A DNA stretch of 63,919 nt, the filler included, from Chiloscyllium plagiosum (Eukaryota), in assembly GCF_004010195.1 (NCBI RefSeq). It is 5 parts of one record of this genome, joined end to end, with 100 filler letters (N's around TTAATTAATTAA, not from the genome) between each part and the next. Parts side by side here need not be neighbours in the genome. Positions count along the whole stretch, not along the records: positions 42,777 to 56,803 come from NC_057716.1; positions 56,904 to 60,814 come from NC_057716.1; positions 60,915 to 63,919 come from NC_057716.1; 2 more parts are not named here. One strand, written 5' to 3'. The notes under the pieces were generated by a model, which saw only the letters and a program-made list of their open reading frames with translations, was not told the DNA's origin and did no database searches. Within the stretch, counting starts at the first letter, position 1. Each line of letters begins with the position of its first letter. Shown here piece by piece: positions 51,456 to 62,910 of the stretch. The position numbers and the translations under genes were made by a program.

Positions 51456-51555
51456 TAGCACCTCTAACCTGTAACAGTGTTGTAAAACTTTGCCTCTGGC
51501 TTAAACATCAAGGTGCTAAGAGGCACAGCACAGCATGGCAAGGCAAATCACTTAT

Positions 51556-51775
51556 TTAGTTAAAAATCACACAACACCAGGTTATAGTCCAACAGGTTTA
51601 ATTGGAAGCACACTAGCTTTCGGAGCGACGCTCCTTCATCAAGTGGTCCACAACCACCTGATGAAGGAGCAGCGCTCCAAAAGTTAGTGCTTCCAATTAA
51701 ACCTGTTGGACTATAACCTGGTGTTGTGTGATTTTTAACTTTGTACACCCCAGTCCAACACCTGTATCTCCAAAT
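51556..51775. mobile_element. Fold-back Penelope terminal-repeat insertion (family B) with hammerhead motifs on both strands
   Basis: Arms 51558-51647 and 51653-51740; near-TSD caaatcacttat / caaatcatttat at 51544-51555 and 51776-51787. Confidence 0.82.
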
Positions 51776-52239
51776 CAAATCATTTATGGTATGTTCGTAA
51801 AGATTGGTGCTAAGTGAGTGGGTGCTGAGAGAGCCAGCAAGCTGCCTTCAGGTACAGCCTGGTCCATTTCATGTACAGAATGTTGTGTCTGTCTGCAAAG
51901 TGTCCCTGCAAAAGAGTGGATTTAAAGATTACCAGACCAGCCTGATCCCACTGAATGATGGAGCAGACATAATGTGCCAAAGGGCGTATTGATTCTACAT
52001 CTTGCAATTTTAGGATCTAGGCTCTTTTTGTTGTTCCGTTTCTGGCTAGTTTTCTTTTAAACTCTAATATGTACTTACACTTAAAATTTCTTAGTTTTTT
52101 TTAATGTTCTTTCCAATTTTCTGACCTACTGTCAATCTTTGCTAAGCTACATGCTTTTCGTTGAAGCTTGATTCCAACTGTAATCCTTCCAGTTAGCAAC
52201 AATAGTCAGTACATTACTTGGAATTTTTCTTCCTTGTTG

Positions 52240-53030
52240 AAATGTAATGTCTGGCACAAATGTTACTTGTCATCTATCAGCCCAAGCCTGGATGTTGCTC
52301 ACATCTTCACACAGGCTACTTCACATCTGAGTAAATGGTGCTGACCATTGTGCAATAGTCAGCAACCACCCCCTTTTCTGAAGTTATGGTAGAGAGAAAG
52401 CTATTGTTGAAGCAGCAGTAGATGGTTGGACCTTGAACACTACCCTGAGGAACAACTGCAGGGATGTCCTGGGACTGTAGAGAATTACCACCAATGTGCT
52501 TAACTATCTTGCTTTATGTTGGGTATTACTCCAGCTAGCAGATAATTTTGACCCCAATTTCAAGTTTTCCTTGAGCTCCTTGATATCATAATTCATCTCC
52601 AGAGTTCAATTCTTCTGTCATAGAGTCATAGAGTCATGGAAACAGACTCGTCAGTTTAATCAGTCCATGCTGAACGTAATCCCAAATTTGTCATAGTTGT
52701 TAGGACCAAAGTTGTCATAGGAAAGTATCCAAGTAGTCCTGGCAGAACTCCAACTAAGTGTCAATGAAGAGGTTTTGTTTTGGAAGTGCGGCTTGATTGC
52801 ACTGTCAGTGACCCCTTCCATTATTTGACGATGATTGAGAGGTATTTAAAATACTTTTTGTGTGACACAGGCAAGTTTTCACATTGTCAGTCCACACGAA
52901 TTGGAATTGGAACTGTATTGGAACAGATTTGCTCAGGGCATGACTAGTTCCGAAGCACATATTTTCAAGTCTATTGCCAGAATGTTTTCAACACCTGTAG
53001 CCTGAACAGTGTCCTGTGCCCTTATTGTTA
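52240..53030 (-). mobile_element. Old L2-like LINE fragment
   Basis: tcagcccaagcctggatgtt...gtaaatggtgctgaccattgtgcaat...cactaccctgaggaac style decayed RT sequence. Confidence 0.5.
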
Positions 53031-53046
53031 TTATCTGATCCTATGA

Positions 53047-53268
<222 letters not shown>

Positions 53269-54846
53269 TAAAGCTGTGGGATATTGGGATTAAATATCGA
53301 ATCTTTCAGAGTCTTATGCACTCTGCCCTTTAGTAAAACATGACTGAAAGACCTGAAGCACAAAGCAGGTAGGCATTTGATAAAATGTAGAATATGAAAG
53401 AGGTTCCACTTGTTAGCCATCTCACTTGGGTATTAGAACATTGTGTTTTCAAATCCCACTCTCTGACCTTGAGCATTCGTGTGATATTCTAATGAGTCTA
53501 CCAGGGAAGATGGCAATTTTTGGTTGTTATATTGAATTGAGATCTTGTCGTGGATGGAAAACATGACATAGTAATATTTTGACAAAGGGCAGGGAAGCTC
53601 TTCTTTGGTGGCATGGCCAATATTTATCCCTCAAGCAACATTATTAGAACAGGTTATCAGGACATTATCTCATTGCTGGCTATGGGAGCTTGCTGTGTAA
53701 AGTGGCTGCTATATTGCCTACATCACAGCACTGACTACACATCTTCAAGGTGCAGGGATGGTAGGAGGGGACTAGACTACATATCTCGGCAGCTGAAGAT
53801 GTGACTGATAGTGGTGGGTCAAGTGAACTGGGGTATTCACAATGGTTTAGTGCTGGAACAAAGCAGTGTTCTTGAAGGGTTTTAGGACTGAATATGGTTA
53901 CACAGATAGAGAGGGGTGAAGGAGCTCAGTGTAGGATTGAATATTTTAAAATTGAGGCATTGGTGGGTTAGGAGCCAATGTAAGTGAACACGGTGGTAAT
54001 AAGTGCACAGGGTTTAATTAAACTCTGAAAATGACAACAGAATTTTGGAAATGCTCCATGTTATGGAGGATAGAGTATGGGAGGTTAGCCAGGAAAGCAT
54101 GGGAACATTTGAGCTCAGAGATAACATATGTATGGATGAGGGTTTGAACAGTGTTAGGCTGAGGCAGTGGAGGAGACAAGCTAAGTTTTCAAATCAGTTT
54201 TGGGATGGAACATATGCCTGTAACAAAGTCACCTGATTTTAATTCATTTAAAGTAATTTGTAAAAGGATCATCTGTCACAATGAGGAGAATATCATTCAT
54301 CAAACTCAATAGTTGTCAGTCGTTAATTTTTATTGATTGCTTAAAAAAACCGTTAGCACTTAGACTGACAGGTCTTTCCCATATGAGTAAAATTATTAAT
54401 ACTTGTGATTTTAGGCAGGAGGGTTTTTTTAATGATGCCCAGTCAAGTGGCATGATTATTTAACTGTGAGCAAACAGTGAAGCATTATTTTTGTGCACTC
54501 TGCCAAGCACGTGGTTTTGTAACAAATTCCCTGAGAGAAATGGAGAGGCCTAATTGGCTCCAGAAATGAGGGAGTTCAGTTCCATGGATGGTTTTGAGAT
54601 TATGGGATGGGGCTCTTGAGAGCTGGCAGGGCCTCAATGTGCCAAATGGCTTTGCAACAACCATTCTACAATTCAATGATAATTCAAGTTAGTCAGACAC
54701 AAGCTTCCCTTAACAAAGCCATGTTGACTGCCCTTGACTGATCTGTGTCATTCTAAAGAAAATAATACTGTCCTCAGAAATTTTCTGAAAAATATGGCCG
54801 CCACCAAGGTTCCATTCATAACCACATGCCCCATTCATCTAGTGAT

Positions 54847-56662
54847 TGTGATGAGGTCAGCCAGCTTGACCTCGTAGCATATGAGTTCCCTGATTGATGC
54901 TGTTAATCTGGTCTAATCAGGAGCCCTGGTTGACATGAACAGGTTGAGTGTCTTGAGATACTGACATTCTGGAACTTGATTTTGTATGAGGCAGTATTAT
55001 TGTCAAGGACTGTCCATGTATAAATAAAGGGTGACTTAACAGTAGTAGACTCACCAAATTTAAGGGTAGTTAAATGGTCATTAGATAGACATATGGATGA
55101 AAATGGAATAGTGTAGGTGAGAAGGTATTCAGATTGGTTTCACAGGTCAGTGCAACATCGAGGGCTGAAGGGTCTGTACTGCGCTGTAATGTTCTATGTT
55201 CTATGGTGATGAGATACTGCCCTCTGTGGAATTATTTCAGTGATGATAAGAATAAAGCATGATCCTGAAGAAACCTGCTTACAATGGTCGGCTTTGAGTT
55301 GGGGGAAGCACTTCTTTCATCATGCATTTATTTGAGAAGCTTGACTCAATCAATCCTGCTGTTGAGAATTGACCCCAGCATGTGGAAAGAATGCACTACT
55401 TTTTCCAGGCAAGCACATTATGGCAGTTCAAAGACAATGAATAATTGTCCTGAAACCCAGTGGAGCTGCAGCCTTTTCTGTCATTAAGAGCCTAACTTTC
55501 TCTAAGGCAACAGATATTAAAACTTTTCCAGAATTGCTCGACATATTAAGGAATATTATGACCACAAACCTTTTATAATTTGGAGATGCAATTACTTTTA
55601 CTCGGCAATTCAAGAACCAGGGGAATCTGTAAAAGGATTTTTGACTAGGTTAAGATGACTGGCAGAAGCCTATGAATTTGGTTTAACCTGTAATGAGATG
55701 CTAGAGACCATCTGGTATGCAGGATTAATGATGTAACAATGCAAAACGCATGCCAGCTGAAGCCCAACTGAATGTCAAACAGGCGTGTTACAGTTGGCTT
55801 TAACATTGAAAAATGTGGCGAGTGGACCATACAGGTTCTAATGTATTCAAGGTATTCTAATGAAATTGGACACCCATGCCAGTTTGATTGAACTTAGGGA
55901 ACACTATTTGAGTGCAGGCAATTGCAAAGTCTCACTCAGGTCATATCCTGATCAGAGGGACTCTGGGTTGGCCCAATAGCTTATGCATCCAGGACTTTGG
56001 CTAATGCAGAGTGTAATTTCATCCAAAGAGAAAAAGATGGATTGGTGGTCGTTTTGGACGTTCAACCTTTATCAATGAAAATTTGTGATAATCACAGATC
56101 ACAAACCCTTACTTTGTCTGATTGAAGAGAACAATGCAGTGCCACTCATAGCTTTGGGCTGCATCCAGCAGTGGTCTCCATTATTAAATGCTTATAAGTT
56201 AAACTACCATCTGGGAGGCTGAATAGTGAATGCAGATGCATTCAGCTGGCTCCCATTAACAGATGCACCACCAGTGGTGCCCCAGTGGAAGAGTCTGTAA
56301 TGATATTTAATTTTCTGGACTCACTCCCAGTTTTAGCTGAAAGTTCCAGTCCTTTTTAAACTGAAACGGCTGGTATTGATTGAGGAACAGAGGAATGGTC
56401 ACTGGTAAAATTGAATCCGGAGAGACCAGCTTATACCAGAGGAGCAAGAGTGATTGGCCCGAACAAAGCTCGCCATCAAATGCTGGCTGAACTCCATCAG
56501 TGCCATCCAGGAATCTTCAACATGGAGATGTTGCCAAGAGGTTTTGTTTAGGTGCCAGACCTGGATGCAGACACAGCTGTATTGGTGGGGCAGTACTCAG
56601 AATGTCAACAAGGACAAAAATTACTGCCAGCAGGTCTCTCACATTCATGGGAATGACCATTG
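54847..56662 (+). mobile_element. Decayed, internally deleted Gypsy/Ty3 LTR retrotransposon (5' LTR, gag, RNase H, integrase start)
   Basis: LTR tgtgat...AATAAA...ttatttca (54847-55239, with a CR1 tail inserted at ~55040-55204). gag EPGESVKGFLTRLR*LAEAYEFG..DHLVCRIND; RNase H AYASRTLANAECNFIQREKDGL...ITDHKPLL; ELHQCHPG integrase zinc-finger remnant. Confidence 0.8.
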
Positions 56663-56664
56663 TA

Positions 56665-56802
56665 AGGAGAAAGTGAGGACTGCAGATGCTGGAGATCAGA
56701 GCTGAAAAATGTGTTGCTGGAAAAGCGCAGCAGGTCAGGCAGCATCCAAAGAGCAGGAGAATCGACGTTTTGGGCATAAGCCCTTCTTTAGGAATGAGGA
56801 AG
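56665..56802 (-). mobile_element. Penelope terminal repeat running into a gap
   Basis: Close reverse complement of 2836-2965. Confidence 0.85.
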
Positions 56803-56903
56803 GNNNNNNNNNNNNNNNNNNNNNNNNNNNNNNNNNNNNNNNNNNNNTTAATTAATTAANNNNNNNNNNNNNNNNNNNNNNNNNNNNNNNNNNNNNNNNN
56901 NNN

Positions 56904-57184
56904 GTATGGAGTCAGCTATTATGAGGGGGCATAGCTTTAAATTAAGGGGGGGGTAGATATAGGACTGAAGTTAGGGGTAGGTTCTTCACTCAGCGAGTCG
57001 TACGTTCATGGAATGCCCTGCCAGTAGCAGTGGTGGACTCTCCCTCTTTATGGGCATTTAAGCGGGCATTGGATAGGCATATGGAGGATAGTGGGCTAGG
57101 GTAGGTTAGGTGGGCTTGGATCGGCGCAACATCAAGGGCCAAAGGGCCTGTACTGCGCTGTATTCTTCTATATTCTATGTTCTA
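56904..57184 (+). mobile_element. CR1 3' end
   Basis: gggcatagctttaaattaagggg...gggccaaagggcctgtactgcgctg...ttctatgttcta. Confidence 0.85.
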
Positions 57185-58946
57185 AACATCATGCCAGTAA
57201 TTGATGGCAAGGAGAGTATGGCAGGTGAGAACCTATAAACAATCATTATTAGTGTTGGGCACGCTAATGGGATTAATCCCAGCCCTGATGGAATGCATCT
57301 GAGGATACTAAAAGAGATGGCAGGAGAAATAGCAAATGCACTCATGGTAATTTACCAAAAAATTGCCAGACTCTGTGTTGGTTCCAGCAGATTTGAATAT
57401 AACGAATATGATGCCACTGTTTATAAAAGGAGGTAGACAAAAGGCAGCTAGCACTGGGCCCATCGGCTTAACTTCTTTAGTGGAGGAAATGCTTGAATCT
57501 ATCGTTAAGGCAGAAATAGCAAGGCGTCTGGATAGAAATTGTCAAATTGGGCAGACATAGCATGGGTGAAAGTGAGGACTGCAGATGCTGGAGATCAGAG
57601 TCAAGATTAGAGTGGTGCTGGAAAAGCCAGGTCAGGCAGCATCCGAGGAGCAGGAAAATTGACGTTTTGGGCAGGAGCCCTTCATCAGGAATGAAACATA
57701 GCATGGGATCATGAAAAGCAGATTATGTTTAACTAATTTACTGGAATTCTCTGAGGATATTATGAGCAAGGTGGACATGGGGAACCAGTGAATGTGATGT
57801 ACTAGGATTTCCAGAAAGCATTTGACAAGGTGCCGCACAAAAGGCTGTTGCATGAGATAAAGGTGCACAGCATTGAGGGTAACGAATTAACATGGATAGA
57901 AGATTGGTTAACTAACAGGAAGCAAACAGTGGGGACAAATGGGTGTCTGGTTGGAGATCAGAAGCTAGTGGTGTACCTTGGGGATCAGTGTTGGTACTGC
58001 AATTGTTTGCTTTAAATAGATGATTTAGAGTTGGGGACTAAGTCCAGAGTGTCAAAGTTTGCAAGTGATGCTAAGTTGAGTGGTAGAGCTAAGGGTGCAG
58101 AAGACATTGAAAGTCGGCAGAGGGGTATTGATAAATTAAATGAGCAGGCAAGGATCGGGTAGATGGAGTACAATGTTGGTGAAAGTGAGGTCATCCATTT
58201 TGAGAGGGATAACAGCAAAAGGATTATTATTTAAACAGTGAAAAATTGCAGCATGCTGCTGTGTAGAGGGACCTGGATGTCCTTGTGCATGAATCACAAA
58301 AAGTTGATTTGCAGTTGTTGCAGGTAATTAAGAAGGAATTTTGTCCTTCATTGCTAGAAGGATGGAGTTTAAAAATAAGAAGGTTGTGCTGCAGCTCCAT
58401 ATTTGCTGGTGAGGTCACACCTGAAGTACTGTGTACAGTTTTGGTCTCCTTACTTGAGAAAGGATGTACTGACATCCGCGGGGGTGCAGATGAGGTCACC
58501 AGGTTGATTCTGGAGTTGAGAGAATTGGCTTATGAGGAGAGATTGAGTAGACTGGGGCTACTATCTTTGGAATTTGGAAGAATGAGGGGGTTCAGATAGA
58601 AACATATAAAATTATGAAGGGAACAGATAAAATCGAAGTAGGATACTGGTGAGTGAAACTAGAACTAGGGATAGCCTCAAAATATGGGGGAGCAGATTGA
58701 GGACTGAGTCGAGGAGAAATTTCTTCACCCAAAGGGTTGTGGATCAGTGAAGCAGTTGAGGCAACAACATTGAATGCTTTAAAGGCAAAGATAGATAGAT
58801 TTTTGAACAGTAAAGGAATTAAGGGATATGGTGAGAAGGCAGCTAAGTGGACCTGAGTCCATGCAAAGATCAGCCATGATCTTATTGAATGACAGAGGAG
58901 TCTCAGACAGATGGTCTCCTTCTGCTTTTATTTCTTATGTTCTTAT
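57185..58946 (+). mobile_element. Decayed CR1 RT to 3' tail
   Basis: [48 protein letters not shown]. Confidence 0.88.
57567..57695 (-). mobile_element. Short Penelope terminal-repeat insertion
   Basis: 12-bp TSD acatagcatggg at 57555-57566 and 57696-57707; minus strand cctgatgaagggctcctgcccaaaacgtc. Confidence 0.88.
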
Positions 58947-59033
58947 GGAGCAGTTCAGACTGTAAGGAAACTATCCAGTCTAGAGGATGTTTAGAGCAGA
59001 TCCAAACAGCCTTTTGTCAGATGGAGTTGAAAG

Positions 59034-59350
59034 TAGAATTTATAGAATCCTGAGCATGGAAAGAGGCCATTTGGCCCATCAAGTCTGCACCAACCCTTTG
59101 AAGAAAGTCCCACCCAGACTCACTCTATCTCTGTAACCCTGCCTTTCCAATTGCTAATCCACCTGGCTTGCATATCTTGGACCTAATGGGCAATTTAGTA
59201 TGGCTAATCCACCCAATCTGCACATCTTGGGACTGTGGGAGGAAATCACAGCACTCAATGGAAATGACACAGACACAAGGAAAGCATGAAAACTCCACAT
59301 AAAAACTAGTCAAATCGAAGTCCCTGTGCTATGAGGCAACAGTGCTAACT
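59034..59350 (-). mobile_element. HE1-type SINE (diverged)
   Basis: tagaatcc...cacatcttgggactgtgggaggaaa...gaggcaacagtgctaac. Confidence 0.82.
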
Positions 59351-60349
59351 GTAGTGGAAACCCACATGTGTAATAATAACAGCTTTACAAATTAAACAGG
59401 GCTTTATATTCAATTGATGTATTGTTCATTATGCACCAACTTTCATAATTATGTATTGAATGTTACAGTGCTGCTTTATTGTTACTTTGCTTTTGCTGGT
59501 GTTTGTGCAGTATTATTTTTGAGTATTAAAAATGGAATTACGTTGGAGGATAGTTTGAAAATCACTGCCCTAACTATTGCAGTGAAGTGTACTTAATCTT
59601 TGGACATTGTTCAAATGTCTCTCTGCTGCTTTATATGTAAAGGTGTAAGAGTTGGAAGTGGTTAATCCTAGCAATGCCTTCAGTATCTTCCCTTACACTG
59701 TTGTCACATGGGTTTAGAGAGAGGAGCTGAGGATCTCAACTACCAGCAAGGTCCTCCTTATAGACTCTATAACATTGTCTATCATTTCAAAGCAATTTGT
59801 ACATGTTTGCAAATATGTAGTAAATTAGATCTCATTTAAGGTAAGAGCCTCTCTCGACTGCAACTGAAAGTGTTTTTTCTCAGTTAAACCTGACAAAGCT
59901 ATCCATGTCTATCCTCCCACTAAAATAGCAGGCTGACAGCCCAAGCCACTACATGGTGGGCAATAGTTCAGTTAACCTCAGACAACCCGATGGACAGCAG
60001 TGAGCGCAGTACAACAAAAGCTACCTTTCCCACCAAGGCTTTTGTGACTTGAGTTAATAATTCCTTGCACAGCTCAGTTTTATATTTTGTTTTATAATTC
60101 TCATGGGAAGCAGTTCAAAGCTTTGTTATAAGTTGTTGTTGAAGCCGAGTCAATGGATTCAAATGAGGCTTCAATCAATGACAGTCATAACAAAATCAGG
60201 ATTATTATGACTTTCCTAATATGTACAAAAAATCAATTCTCGTGGTATGCCTGATTACCTTGATATTGTAAAGTATGAGAATGCAATTTAAATACTGCAT
60301 ATTCAGCATACAATTAAACTTGGTACCTGCTTCACCCTTGTTTCAGCAG

Positions 60350-60814
60350 CAAGATGGCGGCAGAGCAGGAAGCTCCACCCCAGCTCCACTGCTCCGCTTG
60401 TTCTTTATCTTTATTTTTCTCTTTTTTAGCAGTCCCAGAGCAGTCTGAGGGGAATTAGACCTGGAGCAGTGAGGGGAATTAGACCTGGAGCAGTGTGAGG
60501 GAAACGAGACCTGGAGCAGTGAGGGGAATTAGACCTGGAGCAGTGTGAGGGGAACCAGACCTGGAGCAGCATGAGGGGAATGAGACCTGGAGCAGTGTGA
60601 GGGGAACCAGACCTGGAGCAGCATGAGGGGAATGAGACCTGGAGCAGTGTGAGGGGAATGAGACCTGGAGCTGTGTGAGGGGAACCAGACCTGGAGCAGC
60701 ATGAGGGGAATGAGACCTGGAGCAGTGTGAGGGGAATGAGACCTGGAGCTGTGTGAGGGGAACCAGACCTGGAGCAGCATGAGGGGAATGAGACCTGGAG
60801 CAGTGTGAGGGGAA
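60350..60814 (+). mobile_element. 5' part of a composite element: CAAGATGGCGG head, T-rich tract, VNTR (runs into a gap)
   Basis: Head resembles the reverse complement of 13060-13133. Confidence 0.5.
60440..60814. repeat. 26-bp minisatellite with 78-bp higher-order repeat
   Basis: Unit agacctggagcagtgtgaggggaatg; three variants recur in order; truncated by a gap. Confidence 0.95.
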
Positions 60815-60935
60815 NNNNNNNNNNNNNNNNNNNNNNNNNNNNNNNNNNNNNNNNNNNNTTAATTAATTAANNNNNNNNNNNNNNNNNNNNNNNNNNNNNN
60901 NNNNNNNNNNNNNNGACCAGCTGAGATTCTTGGAA

Positions 60936-61250
60936 TCATAGAATCACTGCAGTGTTGAAGAAGGCCATTCGCCCCCAAAAAGTCTAAAACAGCCCTCCAA
61001 AGAGTAACCCACCCAGACCCATTCCCCTTCCCTATTATTCTGCATTTACACATTCCTAATGCACGCAAACTACATCCCTGGACATAACGTGAAATTAACC
61101 GTCGCCAATTCACCTAACCTGTACATCTTTGGATTGTGGAAGGAAGCTGGAGGACACCCACACAGACATGGGGCGAATGTACAAACTCCACACAATCATG
61201 TGAGGTTGAATCGAATGAAGTTCCTAGCGCTGTCAGGGAACAGTACGAGA
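60936..61250 (-). mobile_element. HE1-type SINE (diverged)
   Basis: catagaatc...agagtaacccacccagaccc...gccaattcacctaacctgtacatctttgga. Confidence 0.8.
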
Positions 61251-61814
61251 TAATGAGCCAACATGCTGCCTGTGTGATTGATCAGCTTCTGACTTTGTGT
61301 CTGATTTTCAGCATGTGCAGTTTTCTTCCCTTTTTTGGATAGAGTGATCTTTATTCCGTACCCAATGATTTGCTGCACCGGTCCCTGGAGTGGTAGATGA
61401 GCAAAGTACAGGGTAAGCTTTACCCTCTGTCTCACAATATTCTGTAACTGTCCTGGGAGTTTTGCTGAGGGAGATAGCAGAGACAGCTTTGGTCAATATT
61501 TCGTGCTGTGCTTTGCCTGTCCTGAGATTGTTTTATGGAGAGATTGTAGAGAGACATTTACATTCAGATTTAAAGAGAAGAGTTATGTTTTCTGTTTATA
61601 TAAACCGATCATATCGGCATCCTGCGTGCTTTTTTGTGATGGAGCCAATATTCTCGTAGCTTTGTTTTAAGTTTACTTTCAGTTAAAAACTAAAGAGAGA
61701 GCACCGCAGGTTATCTAAACCCTTGCTGTCTCCATCATGCTAGTAATGTTGAAGGAGCTTTACTTTCATTCAAATTTAGCGGATTACACACACCTGCTGG
61801 ATTATATTGGCCGC

Positions 61815-62097
61815 CAGGTTTCTGTTATCCGCGATGTGAGTGTATTGTCCGAAGCATCCGGTATGTAAGTGCAACAATTGGAGCTAATAACAACACCGTG
61901 AGAGCCCTGTGCCTCTAGTAAATAGTCAAGCTCCAGACAGTTCTGCAAAGCAATAGGATATCACCAGGTTTCTGTTATCCGCGATGTGAGTGTATTGTCC
62001 GAAGCATCAATTGGAGCTAATAACAATACCGTGAGCACCCTGTGCCTCTCGTAAATAGTCAAGCTCCAGACAGTTCTGCAAAGCAATAGGATATCAC
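61815..62097. repeat. Tandem direct duplication (150 bp plus 133 bp)
   Basis: caggtttctgttatccgcg...caataggatatcac occurs twice; the second copy lacks the 17 bp cggtatgtaagtgcaac. Confidence 0.95.
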
Positions 62098-62429
62098 TTT
62101 TTTGTCTTCTCCCTGTGACTACAGCTCATTGTCATTTCTGTAAAGTTAGTTTCCCTTTCGATTAGGTGTAAATGTCTTAATATTTAGACTATGGTTTCAT
62201 GTCCTCACAAGCCACACTAATCCATTTGTTAAGGAGGTGTCCACGTTTAAGGCCAGGATGTCAGTGTGGAAATCTTTATTTTTTGAAAGCATTCAGGCAT
62301 GTTTCTTACATGTGAGGTACACTCACCTTGCCGCAGAGATCTATGGTGACAAACTCTTTGTATTTACGGGAGGCTGAGATCAACTGATCTTTTCTATTAA
62401 GGTGGAAAGGGCAAATTGGGGGGAGGAAA

Positions 62430-62910
62430 GGACAACATAGTGAATGTGAATATTCTTCATTGAATAGCTTTTATTTCTCCATGCATTTGCCTCCCTCTTT
62501 TATCTTTTATATATCAAAAAACATCTTGTAATCTTCTTTATTATTGCTCACAATCCGACTGTCTAATTTCATCTCCTCCCCGCCCCCCACACCGATGACG
62601 TTTTCTGTTATCGTGGGTTGTTTTTTTAAAAATCTTCTCAATCCTATGCATTCCCAATAATCTTTACCACACTGTGTGCGTTCTCTTTGCTTTCATGCTG
62701 CCCATGACTTACATTATCCACCTTGTCTTCCCCTGAGTATGTTTCTTATTAATTGAAAAGAGCATCAGCTGTGCCTCTGAATTATCCCCAGAAACTCCTG
62801 CCTTTGCTGTTGCACAACCTTCTGTCCTGGGCTGCCCTGCGCATCAACTCTGGTGTATTCCTCTCTCATGTCTTTGCCGTTACATAATTCAATCATAATC
62901 GTTTCACATC
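62430..62910 (-). mobile_element. Decayed CR1 ORF2 fragment
   Basis: tatcttttatatatc...atcttc...ttattattgc...aatttcatct...ttctctttgctttc...gaattatccccagaaactcctg resembles antisense CR1 linker sequence. Confidence 0.6.

Noticed and set aside
60440..60814. CRISPR-like regularly spaced repeats (also 12200-12515)
   Set aside because: Units are contiguous with no unique spacers, there are no cas genes, and the context is vertebrate; these are minisatellites.
61424..61521. Candidate minus-strand exon (ctcag|GACAGG...GAGG|gtaaag; TGKAQHEILTKAVSAISLSKTPRTVTEYCETE)
   Set aside because: No recognisable homology or partner exon; may be ERV 3' sequence or chance.
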